A DNA stretch of 64,000 nucleotides from Eledone cirrhosa (Eukaryota). The position numbers and the translations under genes were made by a program. The stretch's first letter is position 1, and each line of letters opens with the position of its first letter. Below, piece by piece: positions 1-12,419 of the stretch. The DNA lies in contig OZ024740.1 in NCBI GenBank assembly GCA_964016885.1, positions 100,688,001-100,752,000 of the forward strand, in the 5' to 3' direction. A model generated the notes under the pieces. It ran no database searches. It was given only the letters and a program-made list of their open reading frames with translations, and had not been told where the DNA came from.

Positions 1-1045
1 CTGGGTTCTGTTTTCTCGTCTACTTACAAGGACCTTAGTCTTTGTCAGGTTGACTTTGAGACCCTTTCTTTCTAGTCCCTGCTTCCAAGTTTGGAATTTC
101 TTCTCTAGTTCTACCATAGATTCAGCTATAAGTGCGAGGTCATCTGCATACAGGAGTTCCCATGTGCATCTGGTCTTAAACTCCTCCGTTATTACCTGCA
201 GAACTATGATGAACAGGAGAGGGCTAAGAACAGAGCCCTGGTGGACACCGACCTGGCCCCTCTATAGGGTCTACCTGGGGTAGCGTCTCTTCTTCCCATG
301 CATTCTCCTCATTTAGTAATCTTTCATAATGGCTCTTCCATGCATCTTTCTTCTCAGCACTTTTGAGGACAAGCTCACCTTTATCATTCCAGATACACTT
401 CTCTCCAATGACATCACAATTCTCTCTGACACACTGCCTCGCAAACTTGAACACCTCCTGTTTCTGGTCCTCACGTTGCAAAACATGCTTGAATTTTCTA
501 TCCTCTGCTTCCCTCCTAGCTAAGTATACTTGTCACCTAGCTTCCCTCCTGGTCTCTATGTAATGTACCCTGCTTCCCCCGTTCTTCCATTCTTTCATGC
601 CTGTCTCTTGGCCTTAACTGCCTGATCTAACTTATTGTTCCACCACCAAGTCACTCTCCTCCTGCCTGTGGTCTTACTCCAGCCACAGATCTCATCTGTC
701 ACCTTTAGTAAGTTATTTTTTAGGAACTCCCAGTGCTCTTCTACATTGAATGTCTCTATCTGTTCTTATTTACTGTCATATGCATCGAGTAAAATATCTT
801 TAAATCTGTTACAGGTTGAGGGGTCTTTCAGCTTCCAGATCTTTCTTCTCCAGGTTGGCCTCTGTTTCTAGGTTCATTTACTTTTGACCGTGAGGCCGCT
901 GACAACTAAGCTATGTTGGGAGGTACATTCCTCACTTGGGAAGGCTTTTGTGTTTACGTCCATCCATCTGTCATGTCCTCTGGTGAGGATGAAATCTATC
1001 TGACTAGAATGCTCCCCTGATCTATAGGTGAACAGATGGTTGTTG
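1..1045 (-). mobile_element. RTE-clade LINE remnant (endonuclease C-terminus, linker, partial RT) with an internal deletion; continues past the window start
   Basis: Minus-strand translation gives SQIDFILTR...KAFPSEECTSQHSLVV (APE C-terminus), DAWKSHYERLLNEENAWE, and VGVHQGSVLSPLLFII...ELLYADDLAL (RT). It is homologous to the copies at 22.4-23.6 kb and 30.6-33.0 kb. Confidence 0.9.
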
Positions 1046-3164
1046 CGTTATTTGTACAAAAATATTAAAAACGATGATGATAATGATAACACTGATTCAC
1101 TTTTTAATCCTTTGTAAGCATATTTCTATGATTTTCAAATAATTTCGAAAATAATCAATAATCTGGAAGAATTTGGTAACATAACTAACTTTCTCATTAA
1201 ACTGGTGTTTGGAATATAACTTAATAAATGATCTGACATAAACATTTTGATAGAAGCTTCTTAGATAAGTATCAACAGTTTAAATTAAATAATTTTGTAT
1301 TGTATAATTGGTGACAGTTGTAGGTGGGTTGGTGTCAATCTTATTAAGGTATTTCACAAGATTCTGACCAATATTCTCTTGGATCTATCTTCATATATGG
1401 AATTCAGGAAATACTTTTAACCAGTCTAAAATACCTAATTAGAAATAATTATGTGCTTCGTATTTTAATCATTGGTAAACTATTCTAAGCAATGATAATT
1501 ATATTGTGTATTAACAGGACAAAATTCTATGCTGTATTTATTCAAGTTCTGAATTAAAATCCTACTGAATTTAACTTTTCCTTTCATCCTTTTGTAGTCA
1601 ACAAAATTAATACCCGTCTAGAACTGTAGATTGGCTTTATTGTTAGATTATTGGACACAATACATAGTAGTATTTTTTCCAGCTCTTTGTGTTCTGAGCA
1701 CATGTCTCATAGCAATTTGCTTGATTGATAAACTGAATCTATTACTCAATTCAACACCATAACCTGAGTCTTTGGTGGTTTTACAGGAGTTCCCTTGATT
1801 ACAAGCACTTGGGATAAATTTTCAGCTGAAGAATAAATTCCTCCCTTCTTTCATGCATTTTTTTAAGCTTTGAAAAGATAAAGGGTTATGCACTTCCCTC
1901 TATTCCTTGGCCATAAAAACAAAATATGCTGAAGTTAATGATTATTTTGTGAGAAAATAGTATCTCTCAGTAATTAACATTTAAGATTTATTTTTACATT
2001 TTAACCTTTAAATATCATATTTCGAATGAAATATACCATGATTTTTACATAATTGAGAATAATGAAATATTTGAATGTATTTAGTAACATAACTAACTTT
2101 CTAATTGAGTACATAAAATTATGATGTAAAAATTTTAGATAACTATAAATACTTTAAAACAGTTTTGTATTGTAGAGCCAAAGGCAGTTTTAAATGGTTA
2201 ACTAGAAAGGAGATTGGATATTTTATTCACTGGAGTACCCCAAAATAGTTTTACATTTTTTTACCATCTTTAAACAGATTTGATGATATCTGAGTCTTAT
2301 ACTGGTTTCATGGATATTAAACAAGCGAAGTAGATTGTAAAACTCTCCTCTGAAAAATATGCCAGGACATAATGTTAATTCATAACTGTTGGTATATATT
2401 TTCAACTGTGTGAACTGGATCAACATAAAATGAATTAAGCTGCTCATGAACATATTGCATCAACCAGTCTTAGAAACAAACTCACAATCTTATAACCGTT
2501 AGTCCAGCATCCCAACCAATAGGCCATATGCTTTAAAGTACCCAAGAACCTGACAAAATGTTAGTAGTTTTTATCCTCTTACTGGTTCATATAATGTGAA
2601 AGGGGTCAATACATTTATATATTATCTTATGATGCACAGGACCGGCAGTGATATAGGGTGCTGGGGGACCTGGTCGACTCTACACATGATGTTTTAGGAT
2701 TACCCAGGCCTTATTGAGCAAGAGCAAGAGCAAGAAGAATATCACAATTGGTGCACCATAGCATTGTTGATTATAGGAACCATATATTTGTTCACTGATT
2801 CTAATGACACAAATGACAAAAGAACATCTGTAACTTGGCAGTCTTTGTTTAAATAGTACTCGTTTTTCACACATGCTTACATCATTCACCTGTATATGCA
2901 AAACGATATAAACACACTTACAAACAAGCAGTGTCGCAGGATTTGTCTGACAAATTCCACTCACAATGTATTGGTCAATCTGAAGCTATAGAAAACAGCA
3001 GTCAGATGGAAACTGGAACCACAAGGTTATGAATAGAACTTCTTAAGCATACAATTACACCTGCTCTCTTAAAGAAAACCTAACTTCATATAGCTTTAAT
3101 TACTAAATCCAGAGTAAAATGATACAAAGCTCTAAACTCTTGACTATACTGTAAAATTGATTAA

Positions 3165-3385
3165 CCCTTTAGCATTTACATTACTCTATATATACTATTG
3201 TATTTTCACAGTAAACACTTTATCTGACATAATTATCTCACATAATATCGAATCTAAAAGATTTTGATATTATTTATTTTGAGAACAATACCTTAACATA
3301 AATATGAGCAACCCGTTATGGCCAGTTTTATCAGAAAGGAGTGAGAGAATTATGGCCGAATATTGCTGGCTTAAATGCTAAAGGG
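3165..3385. mobile_element. piggyBac-type MITE
   Basis: 14-bp TIRs CCCTTTAGCATTTA / TAAATGCTAAAGGG flanked by TTAA on both sides (3161-64, 3386-89). A partial copy of the right end lies at ~25940-26064. Confidence 0.8.
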
Positions 3386-5192
3386 TTAATCTTCTTTTGC
3401 TTGGAAATCCTCACTACTTGAGATTTTCTCTAGTTGGAAAATATATCATATTTTTCTTGCAGCAAAAGATGTATCACTCATGAGGGTGGGTTGGCAGTAT
3501 CAGTAGAGTCATAGACAACATGCTTTGTGGCATGTAGTAACACCCTTTTACATTATAAGTTACTTTTCATTAAGTAACCATATGGCATTGGGGTCAATTT
3601 AATTGACTTTTCCCTTCCCTACAAATTTCAGGCATTGTGCCAAATGGAGAAACATTTATTAAGATAGTATTTATGTAAAGTGACTTAGCAGATTTGTTAG
3701 ATCAAAGGACAAAATGCATTGCAGCATTTGTTCTAGTACATTATGTTCTGAGATCAAATGTGATTTTCATCATGCCTGGGTTAACAAATAAATTACCAGT
3801 AAAGTACAGTGGTCAATATTTTCTCTTCCCTCTCACCCAAATTTCTGATATTGTGCTTCTGTAAGAAAGTATTTGGAATATAACTTAAAACTATTTATGT
3901 TAAACAATAATGGAAGATTAATTTGAATATAAACATTTTAAAATTAGAAGGTTTTCTATCATAAGACCAGAAGCAATCTCAGTTGAGTTGGTATCAAAAT
4001 GTTTAACAAGCAGTGTATTTTACTATTTTCATTAATGAGAAAACATTGTATTGTTCATTATAAAAATTGAAACATAAGCAAACCACCAAAAGTACAGCGC
4101 AATAACCATTAAATACTCTGTTGATGACATTAAAAAAATTCTTATTAACGAGGTTGGTATATCTTTGCGTTAAACAATATTCTGAACACTATATGGATTT
4201 GATAGAATGTAATTAAAAAGATAAGGTAAATAAGAGGAAAAACATAAAATATATTGTAAACCAAAATAATAAATGATATAGGAAAGCAAGGTTAATTGTT
4301 TTTTCAATAAAATAAAACATCAAGGTAAGTTAGAAATCATTAGACATCGGGGAACAGCAATATTATGTGATTCATTTAAATACATTAATGGTGTTCAAGT
4401 TTAGCACAGGTGAATTGTTTGTTAATTTGGTAGGCTAAAAAGCAATAATATTTAATTATAGCAATGTTGGCAATTTGGCTGGTTATTTAGAGATATTAAT
4501 CTTCACTGATACATCCACCTTGAGCACCAGACTTCAATACCAATGTATCTTTCGCATGCTTATAACATTATGGAGGTAACCTCTGGTTTATAAATGATGG
4601 CTTCTTCATTGCAAGCCATATTTCAATGGACATTTTCATACAAAATCATATGTTATATTCATGTTTTCTGTATGAAAAAATGACAGAAATTGACCTCAGT
4701 CAATTTTAATGATATATGCTCCAGTTATTCATTCAATGAAACAACCTAATTTAGTTTAACACATAAGTGGCTGAAGAATCCACAGGTATATCTACACTTA
4801 ACATAATTTCCAGAAAGATTCAGCATGATGTAGTATGTAAGAAATTTCACTTTTTGAATTACTAGTTTCTCTATCCAGCTTCCAAACAGTTTCCATCTAT
4901 CTAATTCTATTCACAAGGCTTGGGTTTAATCGAGGTTATAATAAAAGGCATGCCCAGGATGCCATTCAATGAGACCAAACTCATAACCTGCAAACTGATT
5001 AAACGTTTTGCCATGTATAAAACACAAATGCAAGGAAAGCAGCTATTTATAAGGTAGTTTTAGAGTTGGTGAATAAATGAGTATTTTTTCTAATACATAA
5101 ACATCTTTAGGGTTGTGACAAACCACTTATATGGAAAATAAATTATTTTAGATGGTTGGTAGTTTGAAAACTCTCAATAAATATTGATTGTA

Positions 5193-5368
5193 CGAGGGCA
5201 ATCCCAAAAGTAAGGTCTCCTTCCTATATTGCAACTTTTCCATTAAAATCCTGTGAATGGTGCTTCGGCAAACCTCAGGAACCAAAATGCAGAGAGCATC
5301 CAGAGTGATCCGCCGATCTTTACGCATGTTTTCCTCCGAAGGAGACCTTACTTTTGGGATTGCCCTCG
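5193..5368 (-). mobile_element. Tc1/mariner deletion derivative (MITE) retaining a transposase fragment
   Basis: Perfect 28-bp TIRs CGAGGGCAATCCCAAAAGTAAGGTCTCC with TA TSD. The internal minus frame EENMRKDRRITLDALCILVPEVCRSTIHRILMEKLQYRK resembles the mariner HTH region. Confidence 0.85.
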
Positions 5369-5370
5369 TA

Positions 5371-5586
5371 TATAATAACTGCGCGAAATTCGCACTTGGT
5401 GGTAGCGTTAAACAGGAGCTCCATTCCCAATGGCTGCCAAGCCAAGATTGAGCATCCCAGTGAAGCATGTGCATGCTTGTTTGGGAGTGAAGGAAGCACT
5501 AATCACAACAGTGTTGCCAACAGCCGTACGAACAGTTTCTTTCCGTCCCCATCTCTTTGGAGACCTTACTTTTGGAATTACCCTTG
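5371..5586 (+). mobile_element. Second partial mariner derivative of the same family (right TIR only)
   Basis: A third TIR copy at 5559-5586 is followed by TA. The internal ATGGCTGCCAAG..ATTGAGCATCCC resembles a mariner transposase N-terminus (MAAK..IEHP). Confidence 0.65.
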
Positions 5587-6290
5587 TAGTGTCTATAAGA
5601 ATTCACCAATTCCAATATTTTGTTCAGAATTGCAAACATAGGGTGTCAAATTTGACCCAGAGACAAAGATCACACCTTCTGAAGTAATTCTAAAATTGTA
5701 AATGTTATCATCTTTATAAATCAAGATATATTTGTATAGTTAGATGCTGAAAGGGATTTCTGATTGTCTGCATGTATATAATTATGAGAAGTTTTAAAAC
5801 ATTTTTTCAGTAAGCCATGTTTAGCTTTTTTACTTCACTGACATTCATAAGAAATACAGTATGTAAATACATTAATGCTTTAGGAAGACATCCAGTGCTG
5901 AGAGGGCTGACAGTAGTGCTGTGATAATTACATAGTCAAGGAGAGGCTTGTACTGAAAAGTATTTTCAGTTTATTTATGTTATAAAAGCAGCAAAATCTT
6001 AGGTGCAAATATATCTCAGCGTAACATTATTTTGATAAATGGTCCAATGATATCTCTGGAGTACAAGTAAAAGATTTTTTACGAGCTTTTGGTATATACC
6101 AGCAGCACTGGAACGAACATTTATGCTATAGGGAGTATTATAACATGGATTATTTCGTTTCTTAGATTTGCCATTGTGAATGTTAGTGATATTCTGTGCG
6201 TAATGCATTCCATCTTTGAAACCACTACATTTAATGTTTTGTAATAATAATAAGTGGCATGGTAAAGAGATTCTTCATCAGAGAATGAAA

Positions 6291-6570
6291 TCATCATTCA
6301 TCATCATCATTTCATTTTCCCTGCTTGCAAGGGTAGGACGGGAACTGATTCTGGCTTGATTTCTACAACCTCATTTACACCAACCTCATTTACAGTGAGT
6401 GCTGGGTGCTTTTTTGCTGTGGCAGCTCCACGACCACAGCTGAGTAAACTGGAGCAATGTGAAATAAAGTGCCTTGCTCAAGGAAACAACACATCACCCG
6501 GTCTGAGAATTGAACTGACAACCTTTCGATTGCAAGGCCAATGCTCTAACCACTAAGCCATGTGCCTCCA
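6291..6570 (-). mobile_element. tRNA-derived SINE with an RTE-type 3' tail
   Basis: Minus strand shows an A box TGGCTTAGTGG, a B box AGTTCAATTC, a body with TCCTTGAGCAAGGCACTT, and an RTE-like end with a (GAT)n tail. Confidence 0.75.
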
Positions 6571-8195
6571 CTTAATAGATATGCATTTCTTGATATAATT
6601 AACTAAGTTTAAATGACTAATAAGGAGGGGGTTATATTAATCTACTACAATTTCTACATAAGAATACTGTGTGGGCTACATTTATCAGCACTTACATCTA
6701 AGATCTTAACTACACATAGATTTGAATGGTTTTATCTTTAAACCTAACTCTTAGAATATGTTGATTAACACCTTCCTATTAGTATCTACCATAAGACTAC
6801 TAAAAATCCATGAAATGAATTGTCTATCATCCTAGCAGAAACCAAACTCTGCAGAGTGGAACCAATTTCAAAATAAGTTCAATCATATCAATTCACAAAC
6901 CTCAGCCACATGGTATGATCACATGATTACATCAAACAATTCCATATGTTTTAACTAGAAATGAATTGTCATGAAAAAGCAAAAATTTTATAGAATGCAT
7001 CATAATATAAGTGTCTGAATTACTATTTAGAATAAAATTTCTGCAGAATTATATTTTTTTTTCAAGAAGGGATTTACTTATAAATGGACATAAATTTATT
7101 ATATCAAAAAATATGAATTTCGAAAGATAGTAATTAATTTTGTTACTGAACTAAATTATAACTGATGAATTCGATCATGGATAAGCAGTGATCCATTTAA
7201 TGTTAAAAGTGATGGAATCTAATATATTTTTACATATCTATCTCATTTTATCGCAAATTTCATTTTACATTTATAGTAGGCCAAAACAATTGTTTTTAGG
7301 ATTTTTAAAAGTCATGTATGATTCCCACATCCCCATAATTTCTACTATATGTTCTATTTTTAGACTCATTGCTATGTTGCTTGGATATGAGTACAGGAGC
7401 TGTTTTTCTTATAAGTATCATTGGTAATTCTGGATAGCTTTCTTTACTATGTGTGTCTATGAACATCATACCTACTTTTAATTTTCTCTGAAAAAACAAA
7501 TGTAAGGGAAGTTTTAAATTTTTGTTACAATTTCGAATAACCTTTTGAAGGTTCAGGGTTTTTTTTTCAAAATTTATGCTTTTCATCATATTGAAATGAT
7601 CAGGTTTAACATTTTCCAATGTTTTATTTGGTTGGGTGTTTTTACAACATTTGAAACAAGCCTTGTAATATTCATATTCCCTTTACAAAGAAGCATGTAT
7701 AATGGATATATAATTGTTTACTTATGTATGTATGTACTTTTGGTTTCATTATTTTATAAATTGTTCCCAATAGAAAGCTGGTTCCTAACATAGACATAAG
7801 AATCTTTTCTTGGAATTTAGACATCAACTAGGTAAATATGTATGTGTGTGTGTGTGCGGGTATGAATGTTATTGTATGTGTAGATCTGTATGTTTGGAGC
7901 TATATGTGTACACCTGCATACGTGTTGTATCTATAAATATGTATATGCAGTTATACCATGTATGTATGTTTGTATGCATATACTCTTGTGTAGATATTTA
8001 GTATTTTCAATTAGAAACTTAATAAACTACTTTTTTTTATTGTTTTAGGACATTTTTGCTGAAAATGTAATATGTTGCTTTTCTAATTTTAATATTTGTA
8101 ACTATCTGTGAATAGAGTTTCACAAATTAACGAGTATTGCATTGCTTTTGTGTGCCTTATACATATGAAATTGAAAAAATAATAAAACTAGTGCC

Positions 8196-8552
8196 TCATC
8201 ATCATCACCGTTTTACGTCCGTTCTTCCACGCTAGCATGTGTTAGATGGGTTGTCCTGTTGTGGGCAGTGTCTGGTCGGCTGACCATGCCTTGCTCATAC
8301 AGGAACTGATTTGGCTTGATTTCTACAGCTGGATGCCCTTCCTAACACCAACCTCATTTACAGTGAGTGCTGGATGCTTTTTCGTGGTGCCTACACGTCC
8401 ACTTTACAGTATGAGCTGGGTGCTTTTTTGCCTTGGCACCTCCACGATCACCTTGCAGTGGGAGGGTGTGGGGGCATATTGTCTATATGCTTCAGCTTGT
8501 ACCCAAGGGAGGTTGGGTACTCTGTATTACTGTGTGACGCCAGAGTGCCTGT
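8196..8552 (-). mobile_element. 5'-truncated RTE 3' end with extended tail
   Basis: (CAT)n tail followed by TTTACGTCCGTTCTTCCACGCTAGCATG, the GGATGCCCTTCCTAACACCAACC motif, and an ORF-end remnant (LWRHTVIQ). It has the same layout as 21913-22420 and 28586-29100. Confidence 0.75.
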
Positions 8553-9479
8553 GCATTATAATAAACGAATAAATCAGGTGTTTTGTGTATGACACTCAAA
8601 TAGATGAATATATGATGCATTTTTAATGCTTTTGTGGACAACTAATCATATTTCTATAACTAATCATATTTTAGTTTATTTACAAACATTTTCCTTTATA
8701 TATTATCATGCTACTACCTTACTTCATGTATTTCGTGTGTGTATCTGTTTTGATGTGCAAGAGTACACATCTATGTGCATGAGTGCATGTGTTTTTTGTG
8801 GATATGTATTTGTGCATACAACTATAGACAAAATACATACACAGCTACATCATTTCTAAGACAAACATATGGATGTATGCACCATACTTGAGCTGAATGC
8901 ATGTACACAGTGCTATCAGTAAGCACACACTATACCCCCTTTCAACTTTAGGTTTCCACCCCCTTTTTTGCATGGACTTGTTTTTTCTGAGTCCGTGTTT
9001 ATGAATACAACCATAGTCATAAGGTATACACAACTAAACCGCCATTAAAACAAACTCATGTGTATGCTCCACACTTGAACAATACACATATGTATATCAC
9101 ACCCTTCCCCTGTAACTACACACAACACCCCCTTTTTGTTCTTCACCAACACCACAACTCTCCTCTAGCCCTAACATTGAGTATCAGTATCACACAACCG
9201 TCTGAAGATCTACAACTAGTTTACCTCTTTAGCTCCACTATCTAATAGCTACACAGCAAATATGTGCATGCACAGCTGCACCAAAAGAAAAAGAAACATG
9301 CACATAGTGTACACATCCATATACATACTCTCAACTACCAAATGTAGAATGCAAACAACTACCCCACTGATCATGACAAACACTGAAGGCATGAGAGCAT
9401 GGGCACTTACATACACATGCAATACACATGCACAGGGGGATACACACCCATACTACAAAGCCTAACACACACCTACTAA

Positions 9480-10500
9480 TTACAAATAGTAAACACCAGT
9501 TGAGTTTCACTTCAATTTATTATTATTGGTTAAGTAATTCATTTTTCCATCGGTTATGATATACAGATGGTTGTTTAGTTGTCGTCAAAGGTCTTTTGGC
9601 ACATTCTGTGACCTCTTCAATGACTAATTTTGTTATTTTGTGTCTCTTCTCTGTTCTGTTTTACACCAGCTTGTCTTTATGAGCTGTGCATCAGGACTGT
9701 GCATGTGTTGCATCCTGGTGTGAGTGTGTTTTTCTTCTCTCTTTCCTACTAATTAGTTGTTATCCCGAGTTTTGTATTCTATATGCATGTGTGGTGGGGT
9801 GCTGGGGTTTCTGTCTATGTATCTTATTAGTTTTGTTTCTTTATATTTTTCTTAGTCACTATGTTGAGAGGTTGTTATTCTATTCTTGCTTTCTATTTAA
9901 TTTAGGTTGCAGCTATTTATATGTGTTGCTTCTATAATATGTTGGAGCAACTGTTTGGTGTGTAGATATAATTTTTATTTTCAATTTTCTTTTGTGAGCC
10001 CCCTATGTACCATTCTGGTATGTCGGTAGAGTACTGATGAGTTCTCACCAGGGTTTGTTCTTCCTTTCTCCTATGCTATGAGCCATCTCACCTATATATG
10101 TTGAGTTCCTATTCTTACAATGTCCCTCCATGCATCTTATGCTATAAACTACGCTTCTAGTTTTACAGGGCTTAATCTGCAGACTAAACATTTTCTATCA
10201 GTGCAGGAAATTTTCTTAAAAGGATACGTTCTACTAACCAGGGCTTGTATGGGAATACTTGGTTATTCTACTATCTTAATGTTTAATTTTAATTTATCTA
10301 AAGTCCTTCTAAATCTGTAGGTTAGTTCACCTTTGGGGGTGTCATTGACAAACATTAAACTCTGGTATTTATTGCAGTCATACCAATGAGTTGACCTTAT
10401 TCATTATCTTCTTGAGTATCTTAATCCAAAATGTGCTCCTGTAAATTGAAGTGACACTCAACTGGAGCAAGTATAACAATGCATACATACTGCCAGTTGG
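9480..10500 (-). mobile_element. Decayed Penelope-like element (GIY-YIG region and 3' tail)
   Basis: Manual minus-strand translation across stops and frameshifts gives YQSLMFVNDTPKGEL...IKIVE*...CTDRKCLVC..CKTRSVVYSIRC...TYIGEMAHSIGER...SVLYRH...IIEATHI. A degenerate hammerhead-like motif lies at ~9585-9625. Confidence 0.8.
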
Positions 10501-10574
10501 CATACATACTTGAGGTGGTACCTCTTTCAGCACTAAATGCTTTCAATACAATGTATTTTATTTGTAATCACATG

Positions 10575-10660
10575 TAACACATATTTTGCAAATGACCAGG
10601 TCAAAACTTTAATCAGTTACAATTAGCTTGACTATAGGATCAATTTGCTCATCAGAATAT
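10575..10660 (-). ncRNA. Degenerate type I hammerhead ribozyme (left arm of an inverted pair)
   Basis: Minus strand: CTGATGA (10655-10649), stem II GCAAAT...ATTTGC, AAAA in place of GAAA (consistent with CpG decay), then TATGTGTTA. Confidence 0.55.
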
Positions 10661-10677
10661 ATTCCAATTTGAAACCC

Positions 10678-10740
10678 CATTATATCTGATGAGCAAATCA
10701 ATCTGAACCGGTCATTTGTGAAACACATGTTACACATGAT
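10678..10740 (+). ncRNA. Type I hammerhead ribozyme motif (right arm of an inverted pair)
   Basis: CTGATGA at 10686-92, stem II GCAAAT/ATTTGT, GAAA at 10720-23, short stem III CACATGT. Stem I pairs poorly. Confidence 0.65.
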
Positions 10741-12419
10741 TACGAATGAAATATGTTGAACTGAAACTTTGATCTCCTTAATACATACATACCGACAGAC
10801 ATACATCCATTCATACAGGCATATACATACAGACATACTTACATACTGGCATACATCCATTCATACCTATATACACACATAAAAACATCTATTCATACAT
10901 ACATACATAAGTAAGTAAGCAATTATACATTACTTATGTATAACATGTGTGCACAACCACCTTTCTGTTGATGTCTCCTTTCACATTATATTGAATATTT
11001 TATATATTTTATCCAGAGAATATAGATAACAAATATTAGCTGCAGAAAACAGAAATTTCCTTGTGATAAAAGATAAGAATATTCTACTGAATTTCAAATA
11101 ATCTGTAAGAATGCTTTATTAACTACAAACTTCCTGATTATTCTATGTTAAAGATATCATATATATTTTTTATTTCTAATACATTTTTTTTAATGTTGTG
11201 TTGTAGACTTAATTCTTTGCCCATTTTAACACAATTACTTCATCCTTGAATGCCTTTAGTAGAGTGAGTTCACACTATCCACTCTTGGAAATTTGGAAAA
11301 ACTAAAACCTATGGTTGCTGCCCTACTCTCCTTGACTATGTGACAAAAGAAACAAAAATCAAGGTTACACATTTTGGAGAAGTTGTAGTCAATTCAATTA
11401 GCTCTTGTATTTAGCTCGTAATACTTCTTTTTCCAAAACCATTAGTATGAAAGTGGATTTTAATTTTGAACACAAATGCAACTAAACATCAAGTAATTTT
11501 CTTCTGCATTCTACTAATTCTGACAATTTTGTCTCTCATTCTACTGATTCTGCATTCCATTGCTCTTTTCTGGGTTATAATATTGGAAGTATAGTGGCTT
11601 ATGTAAGGATCAGGTTTGGCAAGTTACTTGATGCCTTTTACTATAAAGTTCTTTTCTATATATAATGTTACGTGATTAATATCTCCTTTCCTTTCTGTTT
11701 TGTAACCAGATTAAGTATTTACTTCATAAATGATACTCTCAAAGCTTTTGATCATATTAATATTAAATACCTAGTATAAGTTTAGATATTTGTAAAAGTC
11801 AGATTTTTGTTTGTTGTTTTGTTACTTTAGTTTTTTGTTGTGTGGGCCCCTTTAAGCAGCTCTTCTTGAACAATCTTATGACATAGAGGTAATCAGTCAA
11901 ACATACAAGAATAAGACACATTCAACATCAAGAGAATTTAGATATAAGATGTCCATGGTGTCAATATAATGTACACATCATTTTATTGACATTACAAATG
12001 CAGTTAATATCTCATTAGAATGTTAAATATTTGTTTTGGTTCTTTACTTTCTCTGTCCAAATCCCATCACGGTCTACTTTGTCTTTGATCCTTTCAATGA
12101 TAATTAAGTAAATAAAAGAGCAGTGCTGGTTTAACCCTCTCTCATTCTACCCGCCACATCTGGATGTAACACTGGATCAAGGTACAGAAGGCTAAGAGGG
12201 CATCTATATCTGCTTACTACTGCATATGCATGTAAAATTATTTGTGAAAGAATGGTATATACCATCGAGTCATACTCAATTGCATGTGATGGCTGCAAAT
12301 TGTGTAAAAACGTTCTTTTTCTTGTAAAACTGCTATCCTAATATGTAATATCATGACTAGAAAATTTATTATTCACAGTCGTATAAATAACATTACAAAT
12401 ATTCACAATATTTGCTTAA

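Noticed and set aside
1780-7620. Protein-like short frames and splice-like sites at ~1790-1930, 2260-2350, 2700-2855, 6000-6225 and 7305-7490
   Set aside because: No recognisable domain, no consistent strand or phase, and in-frame stops. A gene or a stop-codon editing model cannot be supported without RNA data.
10034-10040. CTGATGA on the plus strand as a hammerhead or C box
   Set aside because: No stem II or GAAA follows; it is the antisense of the SSV codons in the PLE ORF.
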